The notes beneath the pieces were generated by a model. It ran no database searches and had not been told where the DNA came from. It saw only the letters and a program-made list of their open reading frames with translations. From positions 10,230,001 to 10,294,000 of the forward strand of contig OZ234494.1 of the NCBI GenBank assembly GCA_965153455.1: DNA of 64,000 nt, read 5' to 3'. Positions 12,450-25,500 of the stretch are shown here, piece after piece. The position numbers and the translations under genes are program-made. The DNA comes from Sphagnum compactum. Its lineage: Eukaryota. Numbering within the stretch: position 1 is the first letter of the stretch; every line of letters begins with the position of its first letter.

Positions 12450-14513
12450 GTAAAACATGCACCTTTTTTATCAGAACCCTAGCCAAAGCCACATTGAAGT
12501 TCAAGTGTGACATTTGTTTTCATTGACTTGTCAAGCCAAATCATATGCATGTTACACATAATGTACAAGTTCACAATGGTGGTCTCAATGACATGGACTA
12601 TTATCAGATACCACCATTTGTGATCTCGCCCTTGCAAAGTTTAATATTCACAAACTTGATTTTGAACATGAATTTTGTGCATGTGTTCCTAGTACTACAC
12701 TAACATGTCAAGGGCTAGTAAGGATCTCCAATGGACTAGTCAAATGTAATGGAGTGGCAAACATGGCACTTGCAAGGTCAATTGGATTGAAAGCAATGGA
12801 CAAAATGGAAATTGGTTTGTTGTCAAACTAAGAAATTATAGCAAGTTTACCTTAAACATGCATGCAGTAGCAAACTTGTCCTCTTTATCCACTTTTTGGA
12901 TGAATGGTTCAAGCATTAGGCCACCCTTTCTAATCAATCTTGCAAGTCTTTATGGCATGCACCTCAATTTTCAAAAAATCCTAGGACAATGAAGGGTTGA
13001 ATTTTTTTTTATCACATTTGACAGTGTGATTTTTATTCTTATACTCATACGTAATGATAATTTTGTACCAAGTTGCATGTTTAACATCCTCATGATTTGC
13101 ACCATAATAAACTTCCATTTTTGCACAAACTTGTATTTAACATTAGCCAAACACCAAATCTTTACTCCATATTGATAAGGTTTAACTTTCATGTATTGTC
13201 GAATGTGTGAGTATTTTTTAGTATATTTAACCATCATTTTATGCACACATAAATTCCAAAAGAGGCAGTAGATACATAGTTAGAATCTCCAATGGACTTA
13301 TAGGAAACATCGGGAGATGAAGACTTGAATGTACAAGCCCAAACTTGAACTTCTAGAATTGAAAATGAAGTGTCATCTTTATTTACATATCTAACCATAG
13401 CTTTTACACAATCAAAGTACTTCCATGGAGCAAAAAAAAGACTAAAAACATGTGAATACCTTCATGTGGGTCATAAAACTTTGCAATCATTGTTCTCCAA
13501 AACTCAAGCTTTAGATGAATCCTCAATGCATAATGTGGGCAATTTAGTACAAGGTATAATCACACACTTATTTCTCAAGCCTAAATTAAAAACTAGTGCA
13601 TGAAGCATTTCACATTTTTCATTATGCAACATATGTGGTTTACATCGATATGCACCATTATTGTTCCAAAACTTTTCAAACTCAAGTTATTTAGTAAGGT
13701 TTGCGTCTTTAATTTCACTTGTGTTCAGATTGGTTAACACATTGTCCAATTCGGTTTCCGGTGCAATGGAATCATCAATCCAAATTAGGTTTATTCAACT
13801 ATTATTTGCAAGAGGGTTTATAGATGCATTGTTACCAACACCTTATTGGGAAGGGACTAGGATGATTTGAATCCTTTGTGGCAAAATTTAAAAGTTTAGC
13901 TTCCTAGAAGTCCCACATCACCAAGAAATTTGAATGGAGAACTTGTGCATTGTGACTACAAGTATAAAGTTGAAAACAATTAGCCAAACAAAATTGAAAA
14001 ACATTTATTACAAATTTACAAAACAAGAAATCATTAACATAACTTGAAATTTCAACCCTAAGTTCCACTTGCAAAATTGGATGAACCCTTAAAATTTAAT
14101 CAAATCACAAGTTTGAAATTCCACAAAACAAACTTTCCTCCAAAACTTAAAAGTTGCACATTCAAACACATATCCATTATAAGTTTAAAATATTTAATCT
14201 AAAAAGATGAACAATGCATCAAAGGTGAAGGTGGCCACTCAAAAATCTAATAAACTACTTGTCCCTATATTTTTACTCCCTATTTTTTGTAGAGACCTTA
14301 AACTTTAATAGTCACTGAGGTGCCTTTTATGCCTGCATGTTTCACACACTTGAAACCTTGGAATCTTGTCACCATCGCTCAATTAGAGACCTGATGAAAT
14401 TGCATGCTTATAGTAGGCAGGCACGCGCGGCACTTTTATGGAGACTTTGCAGCGTTGGGCAGTGTGGGGTTGGGGTGGACCAAATTAATTTGGTCCACCC
14501 TGACGTTTATGGG
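12450..14513 (-). mobile_element. piggyBac-like DNA transposon relic (DDE_Tnp_1_7-type transposase pseudogene plus one terminus)
   Basis: Minus-strand VHKMMVKYTKKYSHIRQYMKVKPYQYGVKIWCLAN resembles the piggyBac DE.M..Y.G....RQY...KP.K.G.K.W.L block. Downstream GRDHKWWYLIIVHVIETTIVNLYIM (~12560-12635) resembles the C-terminal KWW block. Terminus GGG|TTAA at 14511-14517. The other terminus was not located. Confidence 0.75.
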
Positions 14514-15343
14514 TTAAGAGTAATCCACATAGCTGACAACCCCTAAAACCTACCACTATTCTCTTTATACCATGACCCAAGCCCCTTCTCTTTATCACTG
14601 CCAACTGTTGTACACTGCCTTATATTTACATTATCCTTCATTTTAGTCTCATAATATAGGTTTACTAGAGATTATGTACAGAGGTATATGTTGGCTCTGA
14701 TGAAATATTGGGACAAGATCTAACTGTAAGTCACGAGGTCCACAACCCCACCCAGGTGTTCTCTTAAGAGAAACAGTTCCTTGGCACAATGTTTATCAAC
14801 TCTCACCAATGCATGAGAGAAAATTCATACCACAAGCAGACAACTAGCATTGTAAGAGTAGCTCCACTGGCAGAAGTGTAATGGCCTGTAACAGGTAAAG
14901 TGTGTCAGATGCACCAAGAGGAGGAGTTCAAGTTTTGTTTGGACACTAAAAACAACCGAGCCCTCCCCTTGGATCTGGCCCGCCCTAAGCACTGAAGTGT
15001 TCAGTCACCAGTCGGTCTAACCTACTTCATTCTTTAAATGGATTGAAAAGATTGGTAAAGCACTGTATGAAAAAATCAGGTTTACATGTTTTGCACTGTT
15101 ATTTTTAATGTTTTATGTATTTACCAAATATCTACATGGTTTTACATAGTCGTGGCCCTGGCCATTACATTACATGTAAGCCAATTTAGTTTACACGTAC
15201 AGATTCACAATCTTACATGACATCAAATGGCCTTTACATGATTGTAAACTTATACTTACACATCTGAGGTTATACAATTACACAAATGTGATTGAGATTT
15301 CATACACTTATAGTATTATGGACTCTGAGTTTGCTCACAATTC

Positions 15344-15717
15344 GAGCATCTCCAGCAGTGCTCAGTATGTGATCCTGCACAGTAAAATTGCATGAAAGAA
15401 AGTCAAAATATGCGGGTTTGGGTCACGAAAATGGTTTTGGTTCAGCCTAATTGCACAGTTTGCGGTGCTTGGTAAAAGGCCCAGCAACGCTGTGCACCTG
15501 CAGAAAAGAGTATACTAAATATGATCTGACTGCTGGTTGGTGTTTGTGATTGGCCCATCATAATGATTGGTCCAGGTGGTTTGCTATTAGTAGTCCCCCA
15601 CCTATGTGCTGTCCCAGTTTCAGTTTTCTGGGTGAGGTTGCAGAAAAGTAAATAACAAAAATTGGATGTGCTAAATATCTTTTCATGGTAACATACTGAG
15701 CACTCCTGGAGATGCTC
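15344..15717. mobile_element. Tourist/PIF-Harbinger-like MITE (374 bp)
   Basis: 27-bp TIRs GAGCATCTCCAG(C/G)AGTGCTCAGTATGT with one mismatch. GAGCATCTCCA is a classic Tourist-type end. The 3-bp TSD is not preserved (ttc/cta). Confidence 0.8.
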
Positions 15718-16646
15718 CTACATAGCAGATAAATCTTAAACCATGTACACACACAACACCAGTTTAAAACATATGGGACATCTACCCTTTAAGCCTTACC
15801 ATGATATGGATCATGGATCGCTTTTAGAAATGCTTTTCACATGATGAATATGACAAGTTTGAACTCTAGTCACAGAAAAGAGTAGAAAGCCATATAATAA
15901 TGAATTTCACCCTATATAATTTTAAGGTTTCACCTTCATCCAATGAGAAAGTCACGGCCCCCCAAAGTAAAGGGGTTCAAAAACTCAAAAAAAATACCAC
16001 CGAACACTACCAAAGCTGGTTCCTGAACACTCAAAAAATTTCTCGTATGTTGTTATGTTGATATTAGAGTGCAAAGATACTTTGTAGAACTTCAAGTGAC
16101 GCTCCTATAGCACTTTAAATTGTTTAAAATAAATAAGAAATAAGAAAGTTATGAGATTTGAAAGTCGAAAGGGTCCAAAGAGAAGAAAAAAGAAAAAAAA
16201 CATGTTTTGTAAGTTTGGAAAGCTTATTTTTTCTTCTTGTTATTTTTTCATTAATCCTTTTCCTTGGCACTTCAAAGATGATTTCTAGAGCTTGAGGTAG
16301 CGCTCCCATAACATTTTAAATCACTCAAAATAAAGCACATAGGATGAAGATATAAATAAGTGTTCGGTCACAGGCAGGTGATCGGTGAGGGGCTGGTCAA
16401 CCCTACATAGAGATTTTAAATGACAAATTGCAAAATGTCAATCTAAGTATTGAGGTTGAATCAAACTACACTAGTTATTATTTTTCTCGCCTTGTTTAAG
16501 TTTGTATGTGAGAACGCAAATATTGCAATGAATACCATGCTCTCCTCCTAGAAAACTTTAGGAGAGATCTTACATTTATTTTTTAGGACTGGGAAAGGCC
16601 TACTTACTATATAGGCTGTGTAAGTAGAGTAAACTGTTCACAAAAA

Positions 16647-16845
16647 TTATCTTGTCAGCAATAGATGAAAATAGATGTACAATAATAACAAAACCCATCA
16701 TTATGCATTCATTATCTTGTCAACAATAGATGAAAATAGATGTCCAATAATAACAAAATCCACCAATATGCATTCATTATCTTGTCAATAATAGATGAAA
16801 ATAGATGTACAATAATAACAAAACCCACAATATGCATTCATTATT
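16647..16845. repeat. Tandem repeat, ~64-bp unit x3
   Basis: attatcttgtc..caatagatgaaaatagatgt.caataataacaaaa recurs at 16647, 16711 and 16776. Confidence 0.9.
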
Positions 16846-17409
16846 GTGCATTGATTGTCAAATTTTACATTGTACAAAAACTTGAAAATAGATTTTTTTG
16901 AAATGTAACTAGTTTTGAAGTCCATTTTTTGCAGTGATTTTTTTATAAAATATGTGATAAATAGATTCTAACAAATAGACTTTCTATTAGAATCGAACTT
17001 GAAGAATATAATGATACTTATTTACTAATTTATCACCTAATAAACATGAATATTTTTAATTTACTCTTAGAACTTATTTGGCATTTTACTTTCAAGGATA
17101 TAATGATTATACATATTCTTCAGAGTTTGTTACAATAAAAACTAGAAAATCTATTTGTCATCATTTTATTTTATTTTGGTTTTGTATGCACCATATAAGA
17201 TAAAACTAAAGACACTCATTTTTTGTGTCCACTTTATCTTGCTTGCACCATACATGGATCTCCATATGTTTAAACAAGTATGATAAAGTTCAGCTCATGC
17301 TTATGGGCTTTACAGTGAGAAAGGCTCAAGATGAGTAAGTGGCTACTGACTTATGTGTTTTAATGTACACACGTGAAATCAATCTCCTGAAATCAATCTC
17401 ATCACTCAT

Positions 17410-17860
17410 ATGACACACTGTTGTCCCCCACAATTCATGTCCCTACCATTAGCCCAGGCCAAAATAGATGATGAACACAGTAGGGAACGGAAACTCTACC
17501 CAGTCAATGCGGAATTGTCACAGCATGCACCCAATAGACCCAGTGTTTTTTTCTTTTAGGGAGGGTACAGGCAGCCGGGGTTGTATGTGTCTGAACATGT
17601 ACAAATAAACATAATTGTGTGAAAAGAAACGTCACCAGTGACACAATGTCCCCACAAATCATGCACTTCCATTAGCTTAAGCCAAAATAAGTGATGAACA
17701 CAGTCTGGAATAGAAATTCTGCTCACCCAACTAGGAAATGCAGCCTGTACCCAATAGATCGGACCCAGTGTTTGCTTTTTTTCTTCTTTTCTTTTCTTTA
17801 TTTTTTGGGAGGGACGGTGGGAGGTGGTGTTTTGGGGAGCATAAACATATGTGTCTGAAA
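17410..17860. repeat. Diverged tandem duplication, ~230-bp unit x2
   Basis: tgacaca..tgtcccc.caa.tcatg...cattagc..a.gccaaaata..tgatgaacacagt...acccaataga...acccagtgttt at ~17411 and ~17639. Confidence 0.7.
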
Positions 17861-17929
17861 TCAATCGTCACTTGTGACACTAGGGTCTGTGTCACCTTGC
17901 CCAATTCTCGCTGTCCATGAGGAAGGAAG

Positions 17930-18365
17930 GAAGGAACGTGGAAGAAGTCACGTGAATTGCGCTGCGCTGCTGCTGCGTTTCCAGAGAGACCGAGACTCCA
18001 TCAAACTGAGCGATATCGCGGACTTTGCTTCAATCCATCCTTTGAAACAGCGAGACGCCACGTACGCTTCAACAATTTCCAAGCGACATCCTGCGCAGTT
18101 GGGTGGAAATGGAGATCAGCTGAGAAAAATCAAACTCTTAGAATCTCTGATCGCTGGAGTCTGGACGTTTGATTATAAATACGCCGAGTTGATGCGAAGT
18201 CATTACATATGCATTCTCAGATCCTGTTTGCACGGTGGCATTTGCACCCAACAGAACTTGGCAGTTTATAGTTTACTTATATCTAGTCGCTGCTTAGTGA
18301 TCTGCAGCAGCTTGTCGATCGAGGTTGCAGAATCAGTTGCCGATCCAGCTTTTACCAACGTGGCT
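17930..18365 (+). promoter_or_regulatory. Putative promoter of Rds1-like copy A with ABRE/G-box cluster and TATA box
   Basis: ACGTGG 17936, CACGTG 17949, GCCACGT 18057, TATAAAT 18174 and ACGTGGC 18358. The first ACGTGG and the TATA box are conserved in copy B (33304 and 32822, minus strand). Confidence 0.55.
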
Positions 18366-18419
18366 GACACTCGCAGCTCATCACTTGTTTTGAGATATAT
18401 ATACTACTAATTAGACGAG

Positions 18420-20077
18420 ATGGTGAAGTTGCGAGTTTTGAGTAGTGATCTCCTGCGTGTGTGCGCCGCCCTGGCTATGGTCTTTGTGGTTGTCGTTCAT
18501 GTCGATGGTATGTGAAGAACCAGTTGCACTCTTTTGATTAGTGATGGAGTTGCTATACGTTATTTTTGTGTGTGCAAATAAATCGGTTGCAATAGTTTCG
18601 AGGTGCTCTAGTAGTGCCATTGCATAGCAATCATGGCCTTGTACTGCACCCGTCGAAAACATCTCACCTTCTAAAGCTCGGGAATTTGAGCTAAGGGTCA
18701 ATCACCCAGAAAGCGTGAGATCAAGCCTTGCTGTTCTTGTACAGTATCAGCTGACTCGTGGGTAACCTCAGGTCTGATGGCATTCAGATACTTGTAGCGT
18801 ATGGTGGGCATGCATATATATATTTCCTTCTTGTATAGAAAATTCTACTCGATGCGCATGCTTTTTTTGTACTATAATTGATCCAATGTTTTGTGATCGA
18901 TGTGCAGCGGCCGTTCCCAACTATAATCCATTGCGTGATCCCAGCTTTGGCCCCATCCCTGGGGAAGATCCAAGCTACTCTGATTACCTCGGCGTAGCCC
19001 CACCCTTCCCAGGCAACCTCTCCAGCCCCATCCTCAATACTACGTCTGGTACCCCGGGTCTAGATGACGTCGTCTTCCAGAACTTGCTCAGTGCAGAGTG
19101 GCTGGTGTACAACGTGTATCAGCAAGGCGTGGAGCTCTTCAACGCCAGCGACTTCATCAACGCAGGCTTCCCCAATACTACCTTTGATCGCATCGCTCAA
19201 ATTCGTGACAACGAGGCTGGACATTTACGCGTCTTCCAGGACCAGATTTCCAACGCGTCTGTCGTGCCTGGCCCATGCAAGTGACTGTCTTTTCTATTTG
19301 CAAATTGAACACAGTACGTGAAATTCGTGGAAATGGGAAGTGAATTTAGCTCTGCAGATCAGTAGTTTCTAACACCAATTACCGCAATGTCGTTGCTTCT
19401 GACGACGTAGGTACGATTATGGTCTGACGGGAGACCCGGCACAGTATCTAGCATTTGCCACGTTCGTCGAGCTGACATCCATGGCGTTTGTGAGCGGACT
19501 AACAGAACAGGTAAAACTGAACATCTCCAAGGGCGCACTAGCCGTGATTGGGCAGGCGGAGACACGCCACGAGGTCTGGTTTCTGACAGACATCTGGTGT
19601 TCGCCAAAGTACGGAGGCCTTCCTTTCGCGGGACCTGTCGACACATTCTATCCATACGCAACGCAGATCCTTGACACCACAAACGGCTTCATAGTAGACG
19701 GCTCTTGCCCGCCAGCAAATCCACCGTATCCAATCGGTGCCCAAAACTTGCCTCGACTGACCTACAACACCAACACAACGTCAACGCTGGCACCGGGGAC
19801 GACGATTGAGCTGATTGTAGAGACAAATTCCGGAAGGCAGCTGGCCAAGGCCGACAACTACTACGCCGTGTTCTTCCATGCATTGAACACCTACAGTGTG
19901 CCATTCAACAGCAGCACTGGCATCGTCACCATCCCTGCCCAAATCGAGCCGCTTGGCCTCCTTATGATAGCTATTGCCGACGAGCCTGGCGCTCCCACCG
20001 CGGAGAGTGTCCTCGCTGGTCCGTTACCGATCTTGCAAGCTCCGACTTCCCTGCGACCTTATCTAGTAGGATTGTGA
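18420..20077 (+). CDS. Secreted ferritin-like di-iron protein, fungal Rds1-like (copy A), 375 aa
   Basis: Exons 18420-18507 (signal-peptide-like MVKLRVLSSDLLRVCAALAMVFVVVVHVD), 18908-19280 and 19411-20077. GT-AG introns with consistent phases (1 and 2); 1128 nt open. Ferritin-like ligand pattern NLLSAEW / RDNEAGH / FVELTS / AETRHE. Confidence 0.9.
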
Positions 20078-21944
20078 CGAACTTGGTCGCATGTCCCCTG
20101 GACACTTGGCCGAAGGTAATAGGTACTGCTACTAGGCAGGTAATGCCTAGTACATAGCTACCTATGAAGACCGTCTTTATTAAAATCCGGGCTGCCGTGT
20201 AAGGGAGTTAGTATAAAATTATGATATAGCCTAATTTGCATTTGGTCCCACATTTTGAATGTTCACCAGGTGTTGTGAGAGTGGGCACTGAACTGTTGTT
20301 AGTGAGAAACTCGTTGGTTGGTTATTAGTCTCTGCGAACTTGGAAACCATTCCTCAGATTCATTCTCTCCCAGACCTGTTGTGGTTGCTGGTTTGTGTAG
20401 TTGCCAATAACTTTGTATGGGAAGAGCCATTATTATTATGGCATCATCATTCTAGATATTTGATTGGTTTTCTAGAATTTCTAGGTGCAAGTTTTTAAAG
20501 GCTTGCTCTCAGTTGGCTGGATTTTCCTTTTAATAACCGTGTTAATGAGATTATTATAATTTGGAAGAATGTTCACGAGGAGTCATTTGTGAAATTTTGT
20601 GAGTTCATTTTTGGGACCTTTTTATTGAACCATTTCTTATGTTAACTGTTGCTGTTTGTATCAACGTTGGGAGGGTATACAGTTTGCAATGTTAGCTTGG
20701 GGTTTCAAGGTCAGGTTTTGTGATTTGAATTTGAACTAGCACTTTTTTTTATAAATTGGACATGGTACAAGCATCAAATCATGAATTTTCATTTTATTAG
20801 ATCCAGAACCAAAAACTGGAATTGGAAAAAACATTCTTGAACATAATGTCAAACTGTTCTTTAGGTAAGCAAGTTAAATTTTTTTTAAAAATTAACATGT
20901 GAGCTGAACTTTATATTTCAAAACTTTTGTGGTGCTTTCATTAAATTATGAATTTAATTGGAATCTATCTATGAAATATAATAATTTTTATTTATTTTTT
21001 GGTTGGTTATTGTTTTATAGAATGTCAACATTAAAATCTCCCGTAATGATGATTGGACAATGTTCGGGAGATTGTTGAATTATATTTGAAGATTGTTTTA
21101 AAATGTAGAGATTAAACATGAATGAGCTCTATACACACATACAATATGTTTTTTTTTTTTTGTATTAATATCAAAAGTTATTGTTATATATTCTAAACCA
21201 TCACTAGTTATTGTATCAAAGGAATCTAAGAGCATGTCTATGTCATACATCATCATTAACCCATGACCATCATGGATTGAAATATATGCTTTTGATGAAT
21301 TTATAAATTTGTGCACATTTGTTGATGCATGGTGTATTCTTGTTTCAGTAAGACATAATATGTGAAACATTTGAAGCTTATGATCATAATTAATGTCTGC
21401 ATAATGTTGGTATAAAAAAGTTGTATTCAAGGCTTGTATAATTACATGAAAATTATGAAAAAATTTAAATTGAAAAATTAATGGTATCCAATTTGTAATT
21501 GTTTTCAATCTATTCATTTTTTACATGTACTTTTGGATGCACATAAAAATTTCATGTTGGAGAAGAGCCAACAAAAATAATTTTTCTTTTGTTAAAATGT
21601 GGGATAATGTTTTATATGTTAATTTCTGTTTTTTAACGTTAGTGGGATCGAAAACCAATTCATCTAACGATAATCCTTGAAAACGATTAATGATTTTTAT
21701 TGTTGCAAGTTAAATTGGAAATTGAATCATTGTTATGATAAATGAATGAGATTTACCAACTTTTATATCTTTGATGATATGTTCAATTAGTGTCTATTTT
21801 GATTTAATGTTGTCGTAATAATGACTATATTTTTTTCTTGTTAGTGTTCCAATTTAAAATTTTGAAACATTATCCATATAATGGTTTTTTCACAATATGT
21901 TGTTGATGCTTTAAAAATGCCATCAACTCCATTCACAAGACCAT

Positions 21945-22581
21945 GGACAAGCCCATCCTTGGGTGGTGCCACTAAAAACATCACACCTTGATTTGCCTAA
22001 ACCCATCAAACTTTGAAAAATCATAAAGAACATTTAAATGAACATTTTCATTAATTTTTTTTAATGAATACATTTATTAGGTTCCATCAATTTTGAAAAC
22101 CCAATAATATCAAGCATATCATGTATTTTGATGTTCATAATCATTGCATTTAAAAAACATTTTAAGAACATAGCATTGGTATTTTGGTTAGAAACACAAA
22201 TTTCAAACACAATTTGAAATTTTTCTTATGAATTCTTTTCTTAAGGTAATTTGAAAATCATTTTATTTTTAAGGTTTGATTTGGCAATTAATTGATTAAA
22301 TATGATTTAGTTATGAATTTCCAAATTTGAAATTATCAAAATTTTAAGGGGTTATTTTAATTAAAAATATAAAATTTCAAAATTTTTCAATTTTTTAAAT
22401 TCCCAAATAAACTTCAAACCATATATTAGAGCATGCAATTGATAAACATGAAATAAATAATAATTTATAATTGTGAAAACATTTAACGAAAAAGGCTTAG
22501 AAAAATGATTTGGATGTTTTTAATTCCTTAACCATTTTGTGAGGTGGTTCCTACTGGTACCACCCAAGGATGGGTTCGCCC
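21945..22581. mobile_element. MITE (637 bp) with ~26-bp TIRs and 4-bp TSD, inserted in the Helitron helicase
   Basis: Left end GGACAAGCCCATCCTTGGGTGGTGCC; right end reverse-complemented GGGCGAACCCATCCTTGGGTGGTACC. CCAT is duplicated at 21941-21944 and 22582-22585. Removing the insert restores helicase motif TSDGLVNG. Confidence 0.88.
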
Positions 22582-25500
22582 CCATCAGATGTTGCATAAG
22601 TACCAACACATAATTCAACCAACATACTTTTTTATATATTAATTGTAGAATGCAAACCCATAATTTTACTTAAATCATTTGAAAGTTTGTAAGATGGTGG
22701 GCATGATTGATGGTTGATGTCCATTGCTTTGAAAATAAACATGGGACCTAATGTGTTAGTGATCACATTTTCATTATGTTTTTTCACAAGTTTATTTGTA
22801 TAAAATAAATATTAAATAGTAAAATTGTTGGGTGGTTGTCGATTACAAATTAAATTTATAAGTTCAATATCCTTTGTATTTTCTATTGCAATATGAAATT
22901 TGTCCAAAATTTGTATAAATACCACATTATACTATCACATAATTTTATTTGGTTCATAACATTGGACAATTTTGGTGCTAATGAATTAACATTATCTTTG
23001 ATATTTCGAAAGATCTAAATATCTTTCACAAGGGTGTTTGATAGAAATCATCAATCATGATAACATCAATACCACCAAAGAATTTGTTTTGAATGTGTTT
23101 TATGAACCTTAGCCTAATATCGATAATATTAAACATTCTAACACCAACAAATGATATTTCATTTATCATTTCAAGTTGTTAATGTTCATATCGACATGTA
23201 AACCTATTTAATGAATCTGATGATAAGTTTAGTAAACTAAGTAAAGATTTTTGAATAGGTATGTTCAATGTTAAATGTATTGTTAAACCATCAATATTGA
23301 AGGCACCTTTACCTATTGATGCCATAAGTAAAGCCTTGGTTTTTGTTAAATCAGAATATATGTCTCTATTGTATAATCATAATAATCCTTGAATTATGAA
23401 TTTTACCAATTTGTCAAAAATAAACATATCGGTATTAAGGTACAATTGTTTTATATGCCTAACATCATCAGATATTATTATTTTTTCTTTAAACATTCAA
23501 TTGTTTAAATAAATTACGATATTCAAATTCTTCCATCATCATGGAATATGATGATTTTGTGAAATTTTCATCTTCTAAAAATTGTGATTTTTGGTTTGAT
23601 CCATTACATGATTGAATGACAAAGTTAGATCGTAAATCATAGTGTTCAATATTTTGTGTTTGTTACAAGAATTGTAGGATGTGAATCATTTATTTCATTA
23701 TCTATATCATTAGTCCAAATGTTAGTTGAACGTAATGGTTTTGATTTTGAATTTATTGAATCATCCATTTCTTCTGTATTTGGATATGGCATTTGGTAGT
23801 TGAAAATAGAGTTAGTCTTAGAAATTTCATCATGTTGTTGATAATATGCATCATGCCAAGTTACATTATTTCTAAGTTATATGTTTTTTGAATTTCAAAA
23901 TGGTGAATATAATAAAACTTATTTTTTCGACCAATTTTCAATATCTTTATATTTATTACAATTTACAAACCTGATAATTTTGGGTTTGCGATGTTTTGAA
24001 ATCCTTTTTTTTTAGTATAAAAAAATGGAAATTTTGCTAATGACAAAGATTCATATTGATAAGACAATTAATATATTTATTTATGATCAATGAACATATT
24101 ATATTAGTTGGATTTGGTTCCAATTCATTTAATGCAACTTGTGATTTTAACACAAAATCACAGTCTTCAAAAGCACAAGTATTTATGAATTGAAATGTTT
24201 GAGATGAATGATATGATGGTAAAAAAACACAAGGTAAACAACAAGTTGAGCAATCATTTGTTGAATTTTTGTATTTGCATCTATATTATTTGTGATGTAA
24301 TTTTTTATGATAGAATGTAATTTTGATGTTATTGATTTATTTATTTTTATCATATACGATGTGCAATATGTTATAACTACATACGAGTCCAAGATAAATT
24401 AAATATCTATATTTGCAAACCACAAATGAGCAACACGTATACTACATGCATTAGTTTTTATGTTTTTAAGCATTGTTTTAAAGAAAATATGTGACTTTGT
24501 TAACTTAATTTTCAAACTTAATTTATATATGTACTTTCATCAAGGTTTTTAAAATTTAGATTTTCACAATATGATATATCATCATTTCAAAAAAAAAAAA
24601 TTTAAACATTGAAATATTTTGTTTACTTGTGTATGGAAGTATTGTTGTGAAAATGGATAATTTCCATTTATTTGAAGAAGGTTTTAAATTATTTTTTTTC
24701 ACGCATAAGAGGTAATGGATAATGAAATCTACAAACATGGTTTTTTTCTTACATATACATGTGTGTTGATGTTGTTGTGCATTTTGTGAAGCGTTGGTAA
24801 TAATGATAAATCACAAGAAATACACATACAAACCATTCAAGTTCTTCATTTGTGTATGCTCCATACATAGGTGCATTTTTTATCCATAAAACTCCATGGT
24901 CATGTTCACTCCCACGATTTTGGAATTCCATGATGAAAAAAAATTAGAAATATATATCCAAAAAGAAAATTAATTTTTGTGATAAGTTTGCAAAAATAAG
25001 ATGTTTTATGGTTGTAACATATTACACATGTGACAAGGTCAATTCATGACAATTATGTTATATGAATAGATTGGAGGTCTTTTATTTTATTTGGGAGATT
25101 TAATTTTGAAGCATGTAATGTGTGTAAAGTTTTAATGAGAGGATCCCACAATCCTTCAGCAGTTGTAAACGTGACAAATAATGTTGGAACATTGAATTGT
25201 TGAATCATTGCAAATAAATTTTTTGTGACCTTTCAAAATAATCAGGTGAATTACGCAATCCTTTCAAATCACAATAACCTAAATATGATTTGAAGATATT
25301 ATCTAAATTTTATTTATTTCATATTTGATAAGCTTATAAAATTTTACCACATAGTTTTCTTTTTTCTGTATTCACACCCAACTAAAACCTATGATTTTTT
25401 GGATGGAAACTTTAGTAGCTTTAAAAAAAACTAGAAATATTTATTGAAAAATCTCCAAATTTATGAAATAATTCCCATTGAACTATTTGTTGATATGAAA

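Noticed and set aside
17874-18410. 178-aa ORF upstream of copy A
   Set aside because: Non-ATG start, no recognisable domain, and not kept in the homologous promoter of copy B, which has indels.
19064-19904. Alternative-frame and antisense ORFs overlapping the Rds1-like genes (mirrored at 31103-31943)
   Set aside because: Shadow ORFs of GC-rich coding DNA; they recur only because the gene is duplicated.
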